Positions 30,001-37,800 of a stretch of DNA of 64,000 nucleotides are shown here, piece by piece. The notes beneath the pieces are model-generated. The model made no database searches. It was not told where the DNA came from and saw only the letters and a program-made list of their open reading frames with translations. The position numbers were made by a program, and so were the translations under genes. The stretch spans positions 1,152,001-1,216,000 of the forward strand of contig OZ223236.1 in the NCBI GenBank assembly GCA_965140445.1, read 5' to 3'. The stretch comes from Candidatus Ozemobacteraceae bacterium (GTDB lineage: Bacteria > Muiribacteriota > Ozemobacteria > Ozemobacterales > Ozemobacteraceae). Numbering within the stretch: position 1 is the first letter of the stretch; every line of letters starts with the position of its first letter.

Positions 30001-33000
30001 TGTCTGGATCGCATTGAATTGTAGTCGATGCCAGGACAATTGAGCTTGCATCAGGATGAAGAACTCTTACGCCAAAGCTTGCGATATTAGTATCAATTCC
30101 GCCAGCTTGAACAGTAAATGTATCTCTATAAACATAGTTACCAGCTCCGCTGATTGGGAATGGCTGATATGTGAGTGGAGTCCAATATGTTTTTGGATCA
30201 CCATCATTGAAAGATGCAGCGGAATCGTCAGCTGGTGAGTTAACAAGACTTCTTACGTTTGCCAACACAGTTGCTGCCGGAGTATTGTCGGTTCTGTAAA
30301 CAGAAGAAAGAACACATGTGATTGTTACCTGATCCCCTGGGTTAGCAATATTATTGGCTCCCCAGGTTGGAACTACATCAGATGTGAGATCTGCTCTGGT
30401 AGAAGGATAATTTGCGAAAACAGGAGTCTTTGATAGGAAACGGATTTCATTGGTATAACCATAGGTCATGTTTCCTGAAGCATCGTAGGCAAGAATTGTT
30501 AATGATGCCAATGTTCCAAGCCCTTCTGGAACTGTCCAGTCATAAGTATATTCGTTTCCACCAAAAGCGTTAGGTGGGAAAAGAGTAGGACTTGGTGGGG
30601 TTAAGCCATTAGCAAGATAGAGGTTGGTGAAATCGATCATTGGAAGAATTCCATCGTGATTGTTCACTCTTACCTTGATTTGAATTACATCGTTGAGATT
30701 GGCTTCGTTAAGGCGTCCGTTATCCACTTTGAATGAAATCGGATACATTTCAAGTTTGGCTGGACTGTTGTCAACCTTAACTGTGGTTGCGCAGGTTTGA
30801 ATAACCTGGTTGCCGTTTTTATCTGTAAGTGTAACGGTTAAAGCTACGTCCTGGTTGTTAGTTGTTCCTCGCAGTGGAGTTAAATCAGCAGTTGCTCTCC
30901 AGCCAGTAGATATTGGTATGCAGGCAACTTCGCTGGCAGTAGTTGAATATCCTAATGGAGTCAGGTCTACGGTTAGAGTTCCTATATCGCCTGCAGCTCC
31001 ATTGATAGTTACTTCCAATCTCAAAACATCTGTAGCAATGCTTGGGAAAGTTGTATAAACCCCATCCAGATCAACAATCGTGTTTCCATTATTGTCATAA
31101 ACCTGGGTGTTTGTACAAGAAGTAATGGTTAGTGGCTTGTTATCTATGAATAGAGGATCAGTGCTTTTCAAAGCTCTGTTTCCAGCATTGTCGGTTATTT
31201 CAACAACCATCGATTGACTTGCGCCATCAGTATTTCCGACCAATACAGTGTGCTCATAGCCGTAAATTCCATCGTTTGCAAGACTGTCAGAATGAGCGCC
31301 ATCATCGTAAAGAGGCTGTGCAGCGTTTCCACCAAGACTTGTAAGGTTTATAATCGGGGTTCCGCCATCAAGTCTGGTTAAATCTACTTTTGCATATACA
31401 GTTACGATGTCGCCAATATTAACAACTCCGGCTTTTCCTTTTTGCTCAAGGTAAGTTGCTGAAGCATATTCAATTGTTGGAGGAACACAATCAACTTCCA
31501 TCGTTGGGGAGAGAGAGTTCATTGTGTTGCCAGCTTTATCGCTTACTATAGCTCTGAAAACATAACTGGTGTTTTCCATGGCAGCTGCAAGACAATCGTG
31601 AACATAATAATATCTCTGCAGAACTGCATCATAATTTATGATTTGAGCGCTGGAGCCGCCAACATGAGAAAGGTCGAGGGTGCAGGTTCCGTAATCCTGA
31701 TCAGGAACAGGAATGATAAACTCAAGTCTATCGCCCACATTAACCACACCAGATTTGTTCAGGTCGGTCATGAAGTTAACTACCATTGGGCCAACATCCG
31801 GTGGTTTGTTGTCAATCATGACATTTATGGCTGAGGTAACAGAGTTTTCAGCGTTATCTTTGGCGATTACATTGAAATAGGACTGGTTATTTAAAGTTCC
31901 AGGCTGAACGGTTACAGTTGCTGTATATGAGCCGATTCCGTCATAGGTCATTGTAACTGGAGCAGTTTCACCAAAAGCACTAAGGTCAATCTGAACTGTT
32001 TCAGCATCATGAATTCCACTTGAAGAGCTTGCGAGCTGAACTCGGAAAGTAATTTGATCATTTACTCTTACATATGGATGAGTAGCTGAAATTGCTGGTG
32101 ATGAAGTGTAAGCTGTTCCCATGATTTTGGGAGGTTCATTGTCAATTCTGATTGAGTTAGAAAGAGTTTGAACTGTATTACCTGCATTGTCAGTTGCTTT
32201 TATGGTAAAAGTTACATTCTGGTCATAGGCCATGCCAGAAGCCGGATCTCCTACTGTGTGCTCCAGCCTGTAAGTGCTACCTGAGTAAGGACTGAGAGTG
32301 CTGCTGGCTGTTCCACCAACTCTTTCAAAGTCAACCCAGATGCTTCCATTATCAAGATTGGTTACATTAGCTTGAATGCTTAGCACATCTCCGTGTTTAA
32401 CTGTTTTTGTTGGGTTATTAACATTTGCAGCTTGCCCGGCGCTTATTAATGGAGGGTTATTATCGACATAAATAACCGGGAGAGTGACTCTGGTAATTTC
32501 ATTCCCAGCCGTGTCTTTTGCATAAACTGTAAAAGCTCTGGGAGTGCTGTCTTCTGATGTGTATTGATGAATGTCATATCTGAGTTCAAAAGTTGTTGTA
32601 GCAGAGTTATTAAAAGGAATAATCTGATTGGAAACTCCACCAATTCCACTTAAATCAACCGTTATTATAACGTCGTTCATAAGGGTTGAAAGGTTTCCAA
32701 GGAAATGGATTTCATCGCCAATAATTGCAATGTTATCGCCAATAATTCCGCTTTTTTCAGTTAATGTCAGACCGAAAGGTTCTGCAAATTCAGGAGGAAG
32801 CGTATCAACATTAATAAAGTTAGAAACTTTTTTGTTGCTTTCATTGCCAACGTCATCTGTAGCGGTAATTTCAAAAGCAGTTCCTATGCTTTGGATAGTA
32901 GGTGTTGTCTGGACATAATGTATATATTCAAAAACAGTTTCAGCTCCTGGAGTGCCGCCTGAAACCTTTTGCATGGTAACTGGTCCGCCAGGAATTAAAT

Positions 33001-33856
33001 ACGTATTTGATGCTTTTACTGTGTCGTAATCATAATTTTGAATTACTGCCTGAATTTTAATTGTGTCTCCAGATGTAACCCATGTTTTTCCAGAGGTCAT
33101 GTTAACGACTGAAGCTGAGATAATTTCTGGGGCTTTGGTATCATAGTTAACTGCCAGATCCCAGCTTCTGTTGTTTCCTGCGTCATCAGTTGCTGTAACC
33201 TGAAGACCTGTGGCAACACCTTCTTTGTTGGCTGGGAATGGAAGAACAAGCTGATATTCTGGAGCGGAGTCTGTTCCTCCGGTTCTGGAGAAAATCTGAC
33301 TTGTTCCAAGGCCAATATTTGAAAGGTTCGCTCTTGGGATGTCGCCATCAAGAGCACTATTCATTGCAATGTTTATTGTAAGGCTATCGCCATATTTAAA
33401 ATAGCCGCCATTTCCGGTTCCACCGGTTGCGCTTGGACCATACTGTGAATATGGTCTTCGGTTATCTATCAGTAAGCTTCCGCCAATTCGTACACCGTCT
33501 TCATCTACAAATTGAAAGGTTTGCGCTGTATTGTTTTCCACGTTACCAGGAGAAATAGTTAAAAAGGCTGAATAAAAATTTCCCGCAAGCTGTGGAAGGG
33601 CAAAATATGGATTACCAAATTGCCCTAGATTAATATAGGGATATTGATCTGTCTGGGTCGTTGTGGATCGACACGAAAAAGTAATTGTGTCTCCAATTCC
33701 TGCAATTCCGTCACCATTTAAATCTGATGATAATACTGCTGTTTGGTTGGTTACGTTTGCCCATCCCATACTTGCTGTTAACAGAACGAGAATAAAAGCT
33801 ATAAAGCTTCTGTTAACCTGTTTCCTGATGTTTGTGTTTGCCTTTTTGTTTGCCAT
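24038..33856 (-). CDS. Giant secreted Ig-repeat surface protein (3272 aa) with T9SS-CTD/FlgD-like C-terminal domain
   Basis: Signal peptide; many ~110-aa modules (DLS..GG, D.AGN, IDN.PP); SbsA-like Ig (F.EPM); FlgD-Ig (WDGTD....VVDGTY); LYDDG.HSD..ANDGIYG motif; C-terminus YPNP...IYDVSGHKV...NGVYIAK...KIAVLR; RBS GGAGG. Confidence 0.9.
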   Translation of the reverse strand: MANKKANTNIRKQVNRSFIAFILVLLTASMGWANVTNQTAVLSSDLNGDGIAGIGDTITFSCRSTTTQTDQYPYINLGQFGNPYFALPQLAGNFYSAFLTISPGNVENNTAQTFQFVDEDGVRIGGSLLIDNRRPYSQYGPSATGGTGNGGYFKYGDSLTINIAMNSALDGDIPRANLSNIGLGTSQIFSRTGGTDSAPEYQLVLPFPANKEGVATGLQVTATDDAGNNRSWDLAVNYDTKAPEIISASVVNMTSGKTWVTSGDTIKIQAVIQNYDYDTVKASNTYLIPGGPVTMQKVSGGTPGAETVFEYIHYVQTTPTIQSIGTAFEITATDDVGNESNKKVSNFINVDTLPPEFAEPFGLTLTEKSGIIGDNIAIIGDEIHFLGNLSTLMNDVIITVDLSGIGGVSNQIIPFNNSATTTFELRYDIHQYTSEDSTPRAFTVYAKDTAGNEITRVTLPVIYVDNNPPLISAGQAANVNNPTKTVKHGDVLSIQANVTNLDNGSIWVDFERVGGTASSTLSPYSGSTYRLEHTVGDPASGMAYDQNVTFTIKATDNAGNTVQTLSNSIRIDNEPPKIMGTAYTSSPAISATHPYVRVNDQITFRVQLASSSSGIHDAETVQIDLSAFGETAPVTMTYDGIGSYTATVTVQPGTLNNQSYFNVIAKDNAENSVTSAINVMIDNKPPDVGPMVVNFMTDLNKSGVVNVGDRLEFIIPVPDQDYGTCTLDLSHVGGSSAQIINYDAVLQRYYYVHDCLAAAMENTSYVFRAIVSDKAGNTMNSLSPTMEVDCVPPTIEYASATYLEQKGKAGVVNIGDIVTVYAKVDLTRLDGGTPIINLTSLGGNAAQPLYDDGAHSDSLANDGIYGYEHTVLVGNTDGASQSMVVEITDNAGNRALKSTDPLFIDNKPLTITSCTNTQVYDNNGNTIVDLDGVYTTFPSIATDVLRLEVTINGAAGDIGTLTVDLTPLGYSTTASEVACIPISTGWRATADLTPLRGTTNNQDVALTVTLTDKNGNQVIQTCATTVKVDNSPAKLEMYPISFKVDNGRLNEANLNDVIQIKVRVNNHDGILPMIDFTNLYLANGLTPPSPTLFPPNAFGGNEYTYDWTVPEGLGTLASLTILAYDASGNMTYGYTNEIRFLSKTPVFANYPSTRADLTSDVVPTWGANNIANPGDQVTITCVLSSVYRTDNTPAATVLANVRSLVNSPADDSAASFNDGDPKTYWTPLTYQPFPISGAGNYVYRDTFTVQAGGIDTNIASFGVRVLHPDASSIVLASTTIQCDPDNPFGIDTLIPSVTNAHLDVLNENGDNIASNVINIDDLLQIGATIDKFSDPGSVTAVLLMPDNVTEIFQTPLYQMPATNYWEAQFRVATTTLTGWPSMDGVTANYRILVSDDAENFVNSSVKPATFTIDNNPPQITSSQLRVENRYAPNWVGNVGDGYTAAYGDRVAPDGLVASVTVLNAADLTGNGMAYVDLSPIDGTSTHRLGNVQNALTVYSNPLELATNTFDLATRTFYLYVRDGSGNRAVAEHQLAVDTKRPQLTGAFYNGTLLTMNFSELVDPVSVQGQLEFYRLGYKSDHADVQIPGAATKLNPKYDYVMEAYYTNSVNVMLSSYTKAIIADWGEKNLYISVSHNTSTGEAQYAGMAPTASDPLALDMAGNWLIPLPRTVATTPVTITNTYTTRPKLLGGSYNANSPAEKDFLYLDFDKDMDVTTISTDTLRNLSIWVNRGDPADTYLNRYRFISSAASDTIVGLDTTRRLKIRLSEQAQDWIAMNYTRTGSQIAFQINGSEYEPPKPTDPAPLIRDFDGNRITPIPYYNASAGTLIPLNTSFAVASSSLNLSGPQPILTIEFQNSPARKVRLYSDPYKNLAETIERSKDLPIDLSGVYLYAQADLTNGYFPLNTTNVDYAAFKTLNTDYASTTVHIPLTADALKTMLNWGTSKFYIACNNGAFKDLWGNSNIRYPVQGDQASPIAPIIYPLAIAAPSIRTLAVSPAVTSSAQGIQLAKGQPVGNFFYEVAFDTATLSADVYIPIDRTRVPVLEFYTQNDQVNAKDTATFINWSDHNQGGIVRTVARFANNSDLAASGNIQRKYSMVKVSNFTDVFSNSTSFSQTASLSYNLTDKDTSINGFQNASYPIMLDNQPPTAITAIPTGTIGITPANSQVFDVTFDEPMTQTVGTAWQPVLRLGDTSNTVMSFTFQNWVSSTTARFVNSAPFSSNTSQGTFTYYVSGGYDEAGNQGKSDVALAGQLYIRSRGPNIDSINVTTYQSTTAKYSSPTGNMTNYPFSPYVAPGIATITATFLTAPTNSTLWAHLYQGESSLASFPMTVSGLTGTAKWDGTIGGTLIGMTGPTKYDLRIYDDAGNEGSKRGSITYDGQKPKVSSWNYTNVKTYLGKAYFSPAVNSFVKVDVFGPSSGQELFMRLTGPVTPSSPGTATDSFPMTALSGGGYTISYDGQNTSVPAGTLTDGDYLVSLVDKAGNLAEPLGGSGNATSTLTVDRTAPTISSIQAFRVDNGAAVTRFNPRVTQLKIAVNTTDPTVASGTAMVRITAGSSLIKEIPLEGPPLIAVWDGTDTNLQPVVDGTYKVSVIDLAENVSTQATLDVAVVNSVFKITDVTQVDRNNIRLTFSHDVNATDAQNPNLYTITPSNPVGIGAASPIVVSGKTVTIPLNQPVTHALLYTVTITPGFRSIDDDPIAAGNNSAQFTADGQGPLIANITYDGLSSQKKFNIVFDETIDAVTSQQAGNYSLTSGTDTVAIESVSLRADLKSVTITAFDDIVETKNYTIVASGVKDLYGNYSNGDTARVTFQGQDITPPVLTITAFSNPANEYDISVAVSSNEDLSGAPTAVITQSGGTAVSLVLNAGPNNRLFIGGAHLDMNYPGVATIQVTGKDVSTNVGTANLSFSTAYVNASVRAEVKSPDNLLTAVFEPGTLKENSVVTIVPEGLTKVGESTSRAARIVPTVFANLTSTQLESIRASTIEGYGATELIPTGKAYTMNLPSGRMAGQALMQMSVDAEDLNPQVGLYVSDMNLGWKAVDATIENGQLRFAASSGGTFALMKDTLAPRVSIRTQITSEPIREAKPVFDWNLEELGSGVDVNSLVVVLNGKEFPAMINEEAGQVRFTPASALVGGDYTMSLKVADKAGNKTISPEIRFAVLPPVAIYEVVQYPNPARSKVALRVSTNRPDVDWGELEVKIYDVSGHKVADSSNLSLRAGFDGVRRTQDIVWNLRNQSGKYVANGVYIAKITLRDPDNWNQKSKYIHKIAVLR

Positions 33857-33910
33857 TTTTAATGGTTCCTCCGCGGTGTGGAACTGATAGTTTTCGACTA
33901 TTCAGTTAAG

Positions 33911-33938
33911 TAATCGGCACCTAATGGCAAAAACCAAA
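33911..33938 (-). promoter_or_regulatory. Possible sigma28-type promoter for the 3272-aa gene
   Basis: TTTGGTTT-N12-GCCGATTA; good -10, weak -35. Confidence 0.35.
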
Positions 33939-33957
33939 GGAAAATCAACTAAAAACT

Positions 33958-34027
33958 AAAAAAAAATGACCGCGCCCGAAGAATGACACCCCGGTTTTTT
34001 TAACCTTGAGTGTCAGGGCGTGGCCAT
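33958..34027 (-). terminator. Long bulged stem-loop followed by T-run (terminator or structured RNA)
   Basis: Minus strand ATGGCCACGCCC/GGGCGCGGTCAT, TGACACTC/GGGTGTCA and GGTT/AACC nested stems, then T9. Confidence 0.6.
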
Positions 34028-34060
34028 AATCCCTGTTCTCCCATTCAATGGGAATATATA

Positions 34061-34837
34061 TTAGATGCCGGTCAAACCTGCCTTTTTCAAGGTATTGTAG
34101 ATTTGAGCGACAGGCGAAGATTCAGAACTGTCTGATGCTCTTGCGGCAAGTATCTGTGCTCTTGATTTATCTATGTCACCAGATGCTGCCCGCCAAAAGT
34201 ATGCATATGCAAGCATCGCATGGGCTTCAGGCGATGAGATTCCTATTTGGGTGTGTTCAAGTGTCAGAGTATAACTGGTATCAATAAGACCAATTTGCTC
34301 AAGAATTGTTGTGGCTTGCGAAATTCCAGATTGTGTTCCCTGTTGAATCAGACCCATGGCATACCCAAGTTTGGATTCCATTATTTCTCCAGCCTGAACA
34401 AAATCAGTCATTCCGCTAATTGTGTCATAAGATTTCACTCTTGCCCAACCCCTGCCGTTATAGGCTTTTTGTTTTTGTTCAGTGGTTGCGGCCGGATCAT
34501 TAATTACGGCGTCAAAGTATAAAATTGCTCCGCCGAAGTTTCCAAAACTTGCGCTATCCCAGGCAGCTGCTATTTTTTCATCAGCTGTTCCTGTTCCAGT
34601 ATTTGTAGACGTTCCAGTGGAAGTACTGGTCGATGTGGACGTAGAGGTAGATGTGCTTGTTGATGTTCCAGTGCCGGTGCCCGTAACAATAACTGGTCCA
34701 GCTGGATTTTCTCCTGGAAGAATCTGTCTTCCTGTTCCACCGCCACCACCGCCACAGCCAATCATTAGCGAGGCTGCAACTGTGAAAACAGATAATGCTA
34801 AGGGGAGAAAGAATTCTTTGTTTATTTTGTTATTCAT
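34061..34837 (-). CDS. TPR-like lipoprotein, paralog 1, with Thr/Ser linker
   Basis: Lipobox MIG/C then GGGGGG; (TS)n linker; clear paralog of 23259..23951; starts 3 nt after the giant gene stop. Confidence 0.82.
   Translation of the reverse strand: MNNKINKEFFLPLALSVFTVAASLMIGCGGGGGGTGRQILPGENPAGPVIVTGTGTGTSTSTSTSTSTSTSTSTGTSTNTGTGTADEKIAAAWDSASFGNFGGAILYFDAVINDPAATTEQKQKAYNGRGWARVKSYDTISGMTDFVQAGEIMESKLGYAMGLIQQGTQSGISQATTILEQIGLIDTSYTLTLEHTQIGISSPEAHAMLAYAYFWRAASGDIDKSRAQILAARASDSSESSPVAQIYNTLKKAGLTGI
34586..34684 (-). repeat. 33-codon Thr-X low-complexity linker
   Basis: TGTGTG(TS)8TGTSTNTGTGT encoded by varied synonymous codons. Confidence 0.85.
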
Positions 34838-34840
34838 TTT

Positions 34841-37800
34841 CTACCTCAGTACCGCCAGTTTGTGAACCCGCTTGATTTTCTTAGATGGATTATCAGGGTC
34901 TCTCACTGTTACTTTTGCAAAGTAAACACCGTTTGAAACGGTTTTTCCTCTGTCATTGCTCAGATCCCATGGGATGTCATACAGGAATCTGGAGTTAACT
35001 CCCCAGGACTCTCTTACTGCCCTAATTCCATTGAGTGTTTTAACCTTATGTCCTGCAGAATCGTATATTCTAACGTTGATGAAGTCTTCGTTAATATCGT
35101 TGCGGTTTGCACTGATTCTAATAAAGGTCTTTCTTCTAGCTGGATTCGGATATTGCATGATTTGGGTTATGCTTAAGGGCGCAATTACCGCAAATCTTAT
35201 TGCCGCAGAATTTGCCCGGTTTCCTGTTTTGTCGACAGCCGAAATAACCAGTTCATGGTCTCCACCAGTTAGTTCTGACATTGGTTTGAACCAGAAATTA
35301 CCTGCTCCGTCAAATCTGACTGGTTGAGAAGGGCCGTTATCAATGCTAGCGCTTAATTCCGTCGCATCTACTCCAGATCCATTATCTGTAATGGTTCCGG
35401 TAAATTCTGGCCTTGCAGTATTGAATTCTTCGATTTCCTGATCTTTATTGGAGAGCTTTATTTCAGGAGCTTTTCCATCTAACAAAATTGCATATACACC
35501 AGTTTCATTTGTTTGAGTATATAGGTTGCCGGTTTTGTTTCTGGAAGCTGATACGAAATCCCATTTATCGCCATTTTGTTTAAACAGCCCCATTCCTGTT
35601 GTATAGGTCGCAGGAGTGCCAACCTCTACAGAGAATAGGCCAGAGATATTTGCCCTTGGCAAATCAATTTCGTAACCTTCAGAAATTGGAGATAATTCAG
35701 ATTGATCTGTTGAACTTAGGCTTAATGAAGATGCTCTAAGCATTTCCTGGAGCTTAGGTATGATTTTATTTTGTGTCGTCTGAAGTTTATGTTCAAGAAT
35801 TTTAAGCATTGAAGCCTTTTTCAGTGAATTCTTGTTCATAACTACCAGCATTGAATTATCCTGAGATTTTACTGATGCTGCAACATTTGCAGATAGATAT
35901 GCAACGGTAAAGGTGCTGTTGCCTGTTCCCTGGTTTCCTGCAGCATCTTTACCATAGGCAACCAGAGTTCCATTGCCTGGATAGGAAGGACTAAGGTGAA
36001 CACCGATCATGTAAGATCCTGTGGCTGCACCGGCCTGCATTGCTGTTGTAACAACAGAAGCGTTGCTTTGAGCAATCTGCAGACTTGGGGCAGTTTGAAG
36101 CTTTTCATTTGAAGTAACTACCACAATGATGTCATATTCATTCGCCGGGTTAGAGAAAGCGCTCACTTCCAGGACAGGAGGAGTCAAGTCCCTTCCAACA
36201 AAGCTGTAACTGTTTCCAGAGGTTGGTGTCGGGTTACCAAATTTATCCTGGACATTGGTTACAAATATTGTGTAGCTGGCATTTTCTATTAAGCTGGAAG
36301 CTGCGGTTATGAGAACCGTTTTCTGGTCAGATTGTGGAGTTGCCTGAACAACTGAAACAGCTCCTGAAGGTCCAACCAGACTATAGTTACTTACATTTGA
36401 AGCAGAAGTTGGTGAAAACAGTTCGTCGAAGACCAGTTTGAATTCCTGCTGTCCAGAAAGACCTTCAAATGACACTGAAGAGACTTTTGGACCCTGTCCG
36501 TCTGCTACCAGTATTCCTGCGTTTTCAGGACCAGCGATTAATGCCCCGTGAATACTTCTTAAAGTTCCCGTTGCGATTGTGAAGGTGTAACTAGTTTGAT
36601 GTGACATTGCTGGAGAAACGTTCATGGTTAATGCCTGAGATTCTGCCAATGCAATGTTACTTACTGTTAATCCTGTTGTCGAGATGTTTGCACCAGCAAT
36701 GGATGTGGCATCTATTGGATGATTCATCCAGATTTTTACTGAGGTTGAGCTGATCTGGTTTATTCCAGTTATTTTGAATCTAGATGTAATTGCATTTATA
36801 GAGGCAGTTCCACTAGCTTTATTGCCTGTGTAATCCAGAGCACGGAATTTATAAATTCCATCAATTACAACGCTTCCAGCAGTGTTTGTTCCATCCCAGT
36901 ATGCTTTGTAGTTGCCTAGAACATTTAAAATTGGGAGTTTTTTGATTCTTACGTCAGAGCTATTAAGAACCTCTATCCAGTAAATTCCAGTTTCGCCCAG
37001 TATCTCTGGAGTGGTAATTCCAATTTCAAGAGTTCCACCAGATGGTGAGAATGTTGTGACTGGATTCCCGGCAAGCAACAAGCTGTATGTTGAAATTCCG
37101 GGGGCTTTTGTATCAATTATGACTGTTGAAGAAAGAGCTGAACCGGATGCAAGCAGGGCAACATTTCCCGCTCTATCCACCATGTCAAAAACATAAGTGC
37201 CATCTGGCATAACTGCTTTTGGATCAGTTCCACGGCTATATCTGCCGTTGAATGCGCCAATCCAGTAATTAGTTCCGTCTGCGGCCATCTGATAAGTGTC
37301 TGTCGAGTTTGTTCCTCTAACTCTTATTAAAGGAGATTCATTTTCAACTGCGCTATATCTGGCAGAAATAACTCCGTGAATACCTGGATTGAAATACACA
37401 GCCGCTGTTGCAGTTTCGCCGCCGGTAATTGCCTGAGACAAAACGGAAGGCGCAGATGCATCCATGGTCCATGAGAAATTTTCAATTGAGAAATCACCAG
37501 AGCCGTCTGCTAGTTTCATTACATAAGTTGTTGGTCCTATTGGTGCTGGTCCTGTGGCTGTAGACCATGTGAATGTTGCTGCGTTATTTCCATCCAGAGC
37601 CAATACGTAAGAGGCAACGGTAACGTCTGCCAACGTAAAGTGGAGATAGGTTGGTAGACTATCTGGCAAGCTTTGAAGTTGTATAGACATAGTTGCAGCA
37701 TTTGGTGAAACAGCAAAGCTAAAAGGTGCATTGGTTAGAATTTCTGTTGCAGAGCTTGCGGTTGTACTCTGGAAAGAACTTGTCTTGAATGAAGATACAG

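Noticed and set aside
33966..34027. tRNA, SRP RNA or known riboswitch
   Set aside because: No cloverleaf, T-loop, SRP loop or c-di-GMP/T-box consensus recognisable; kept only as an unexplained structure
34586..34684. Possible microsatellite or phase-variation tract
   Set aside because: Codons are diverse at the DNA level, so the repeat exists only in the protein
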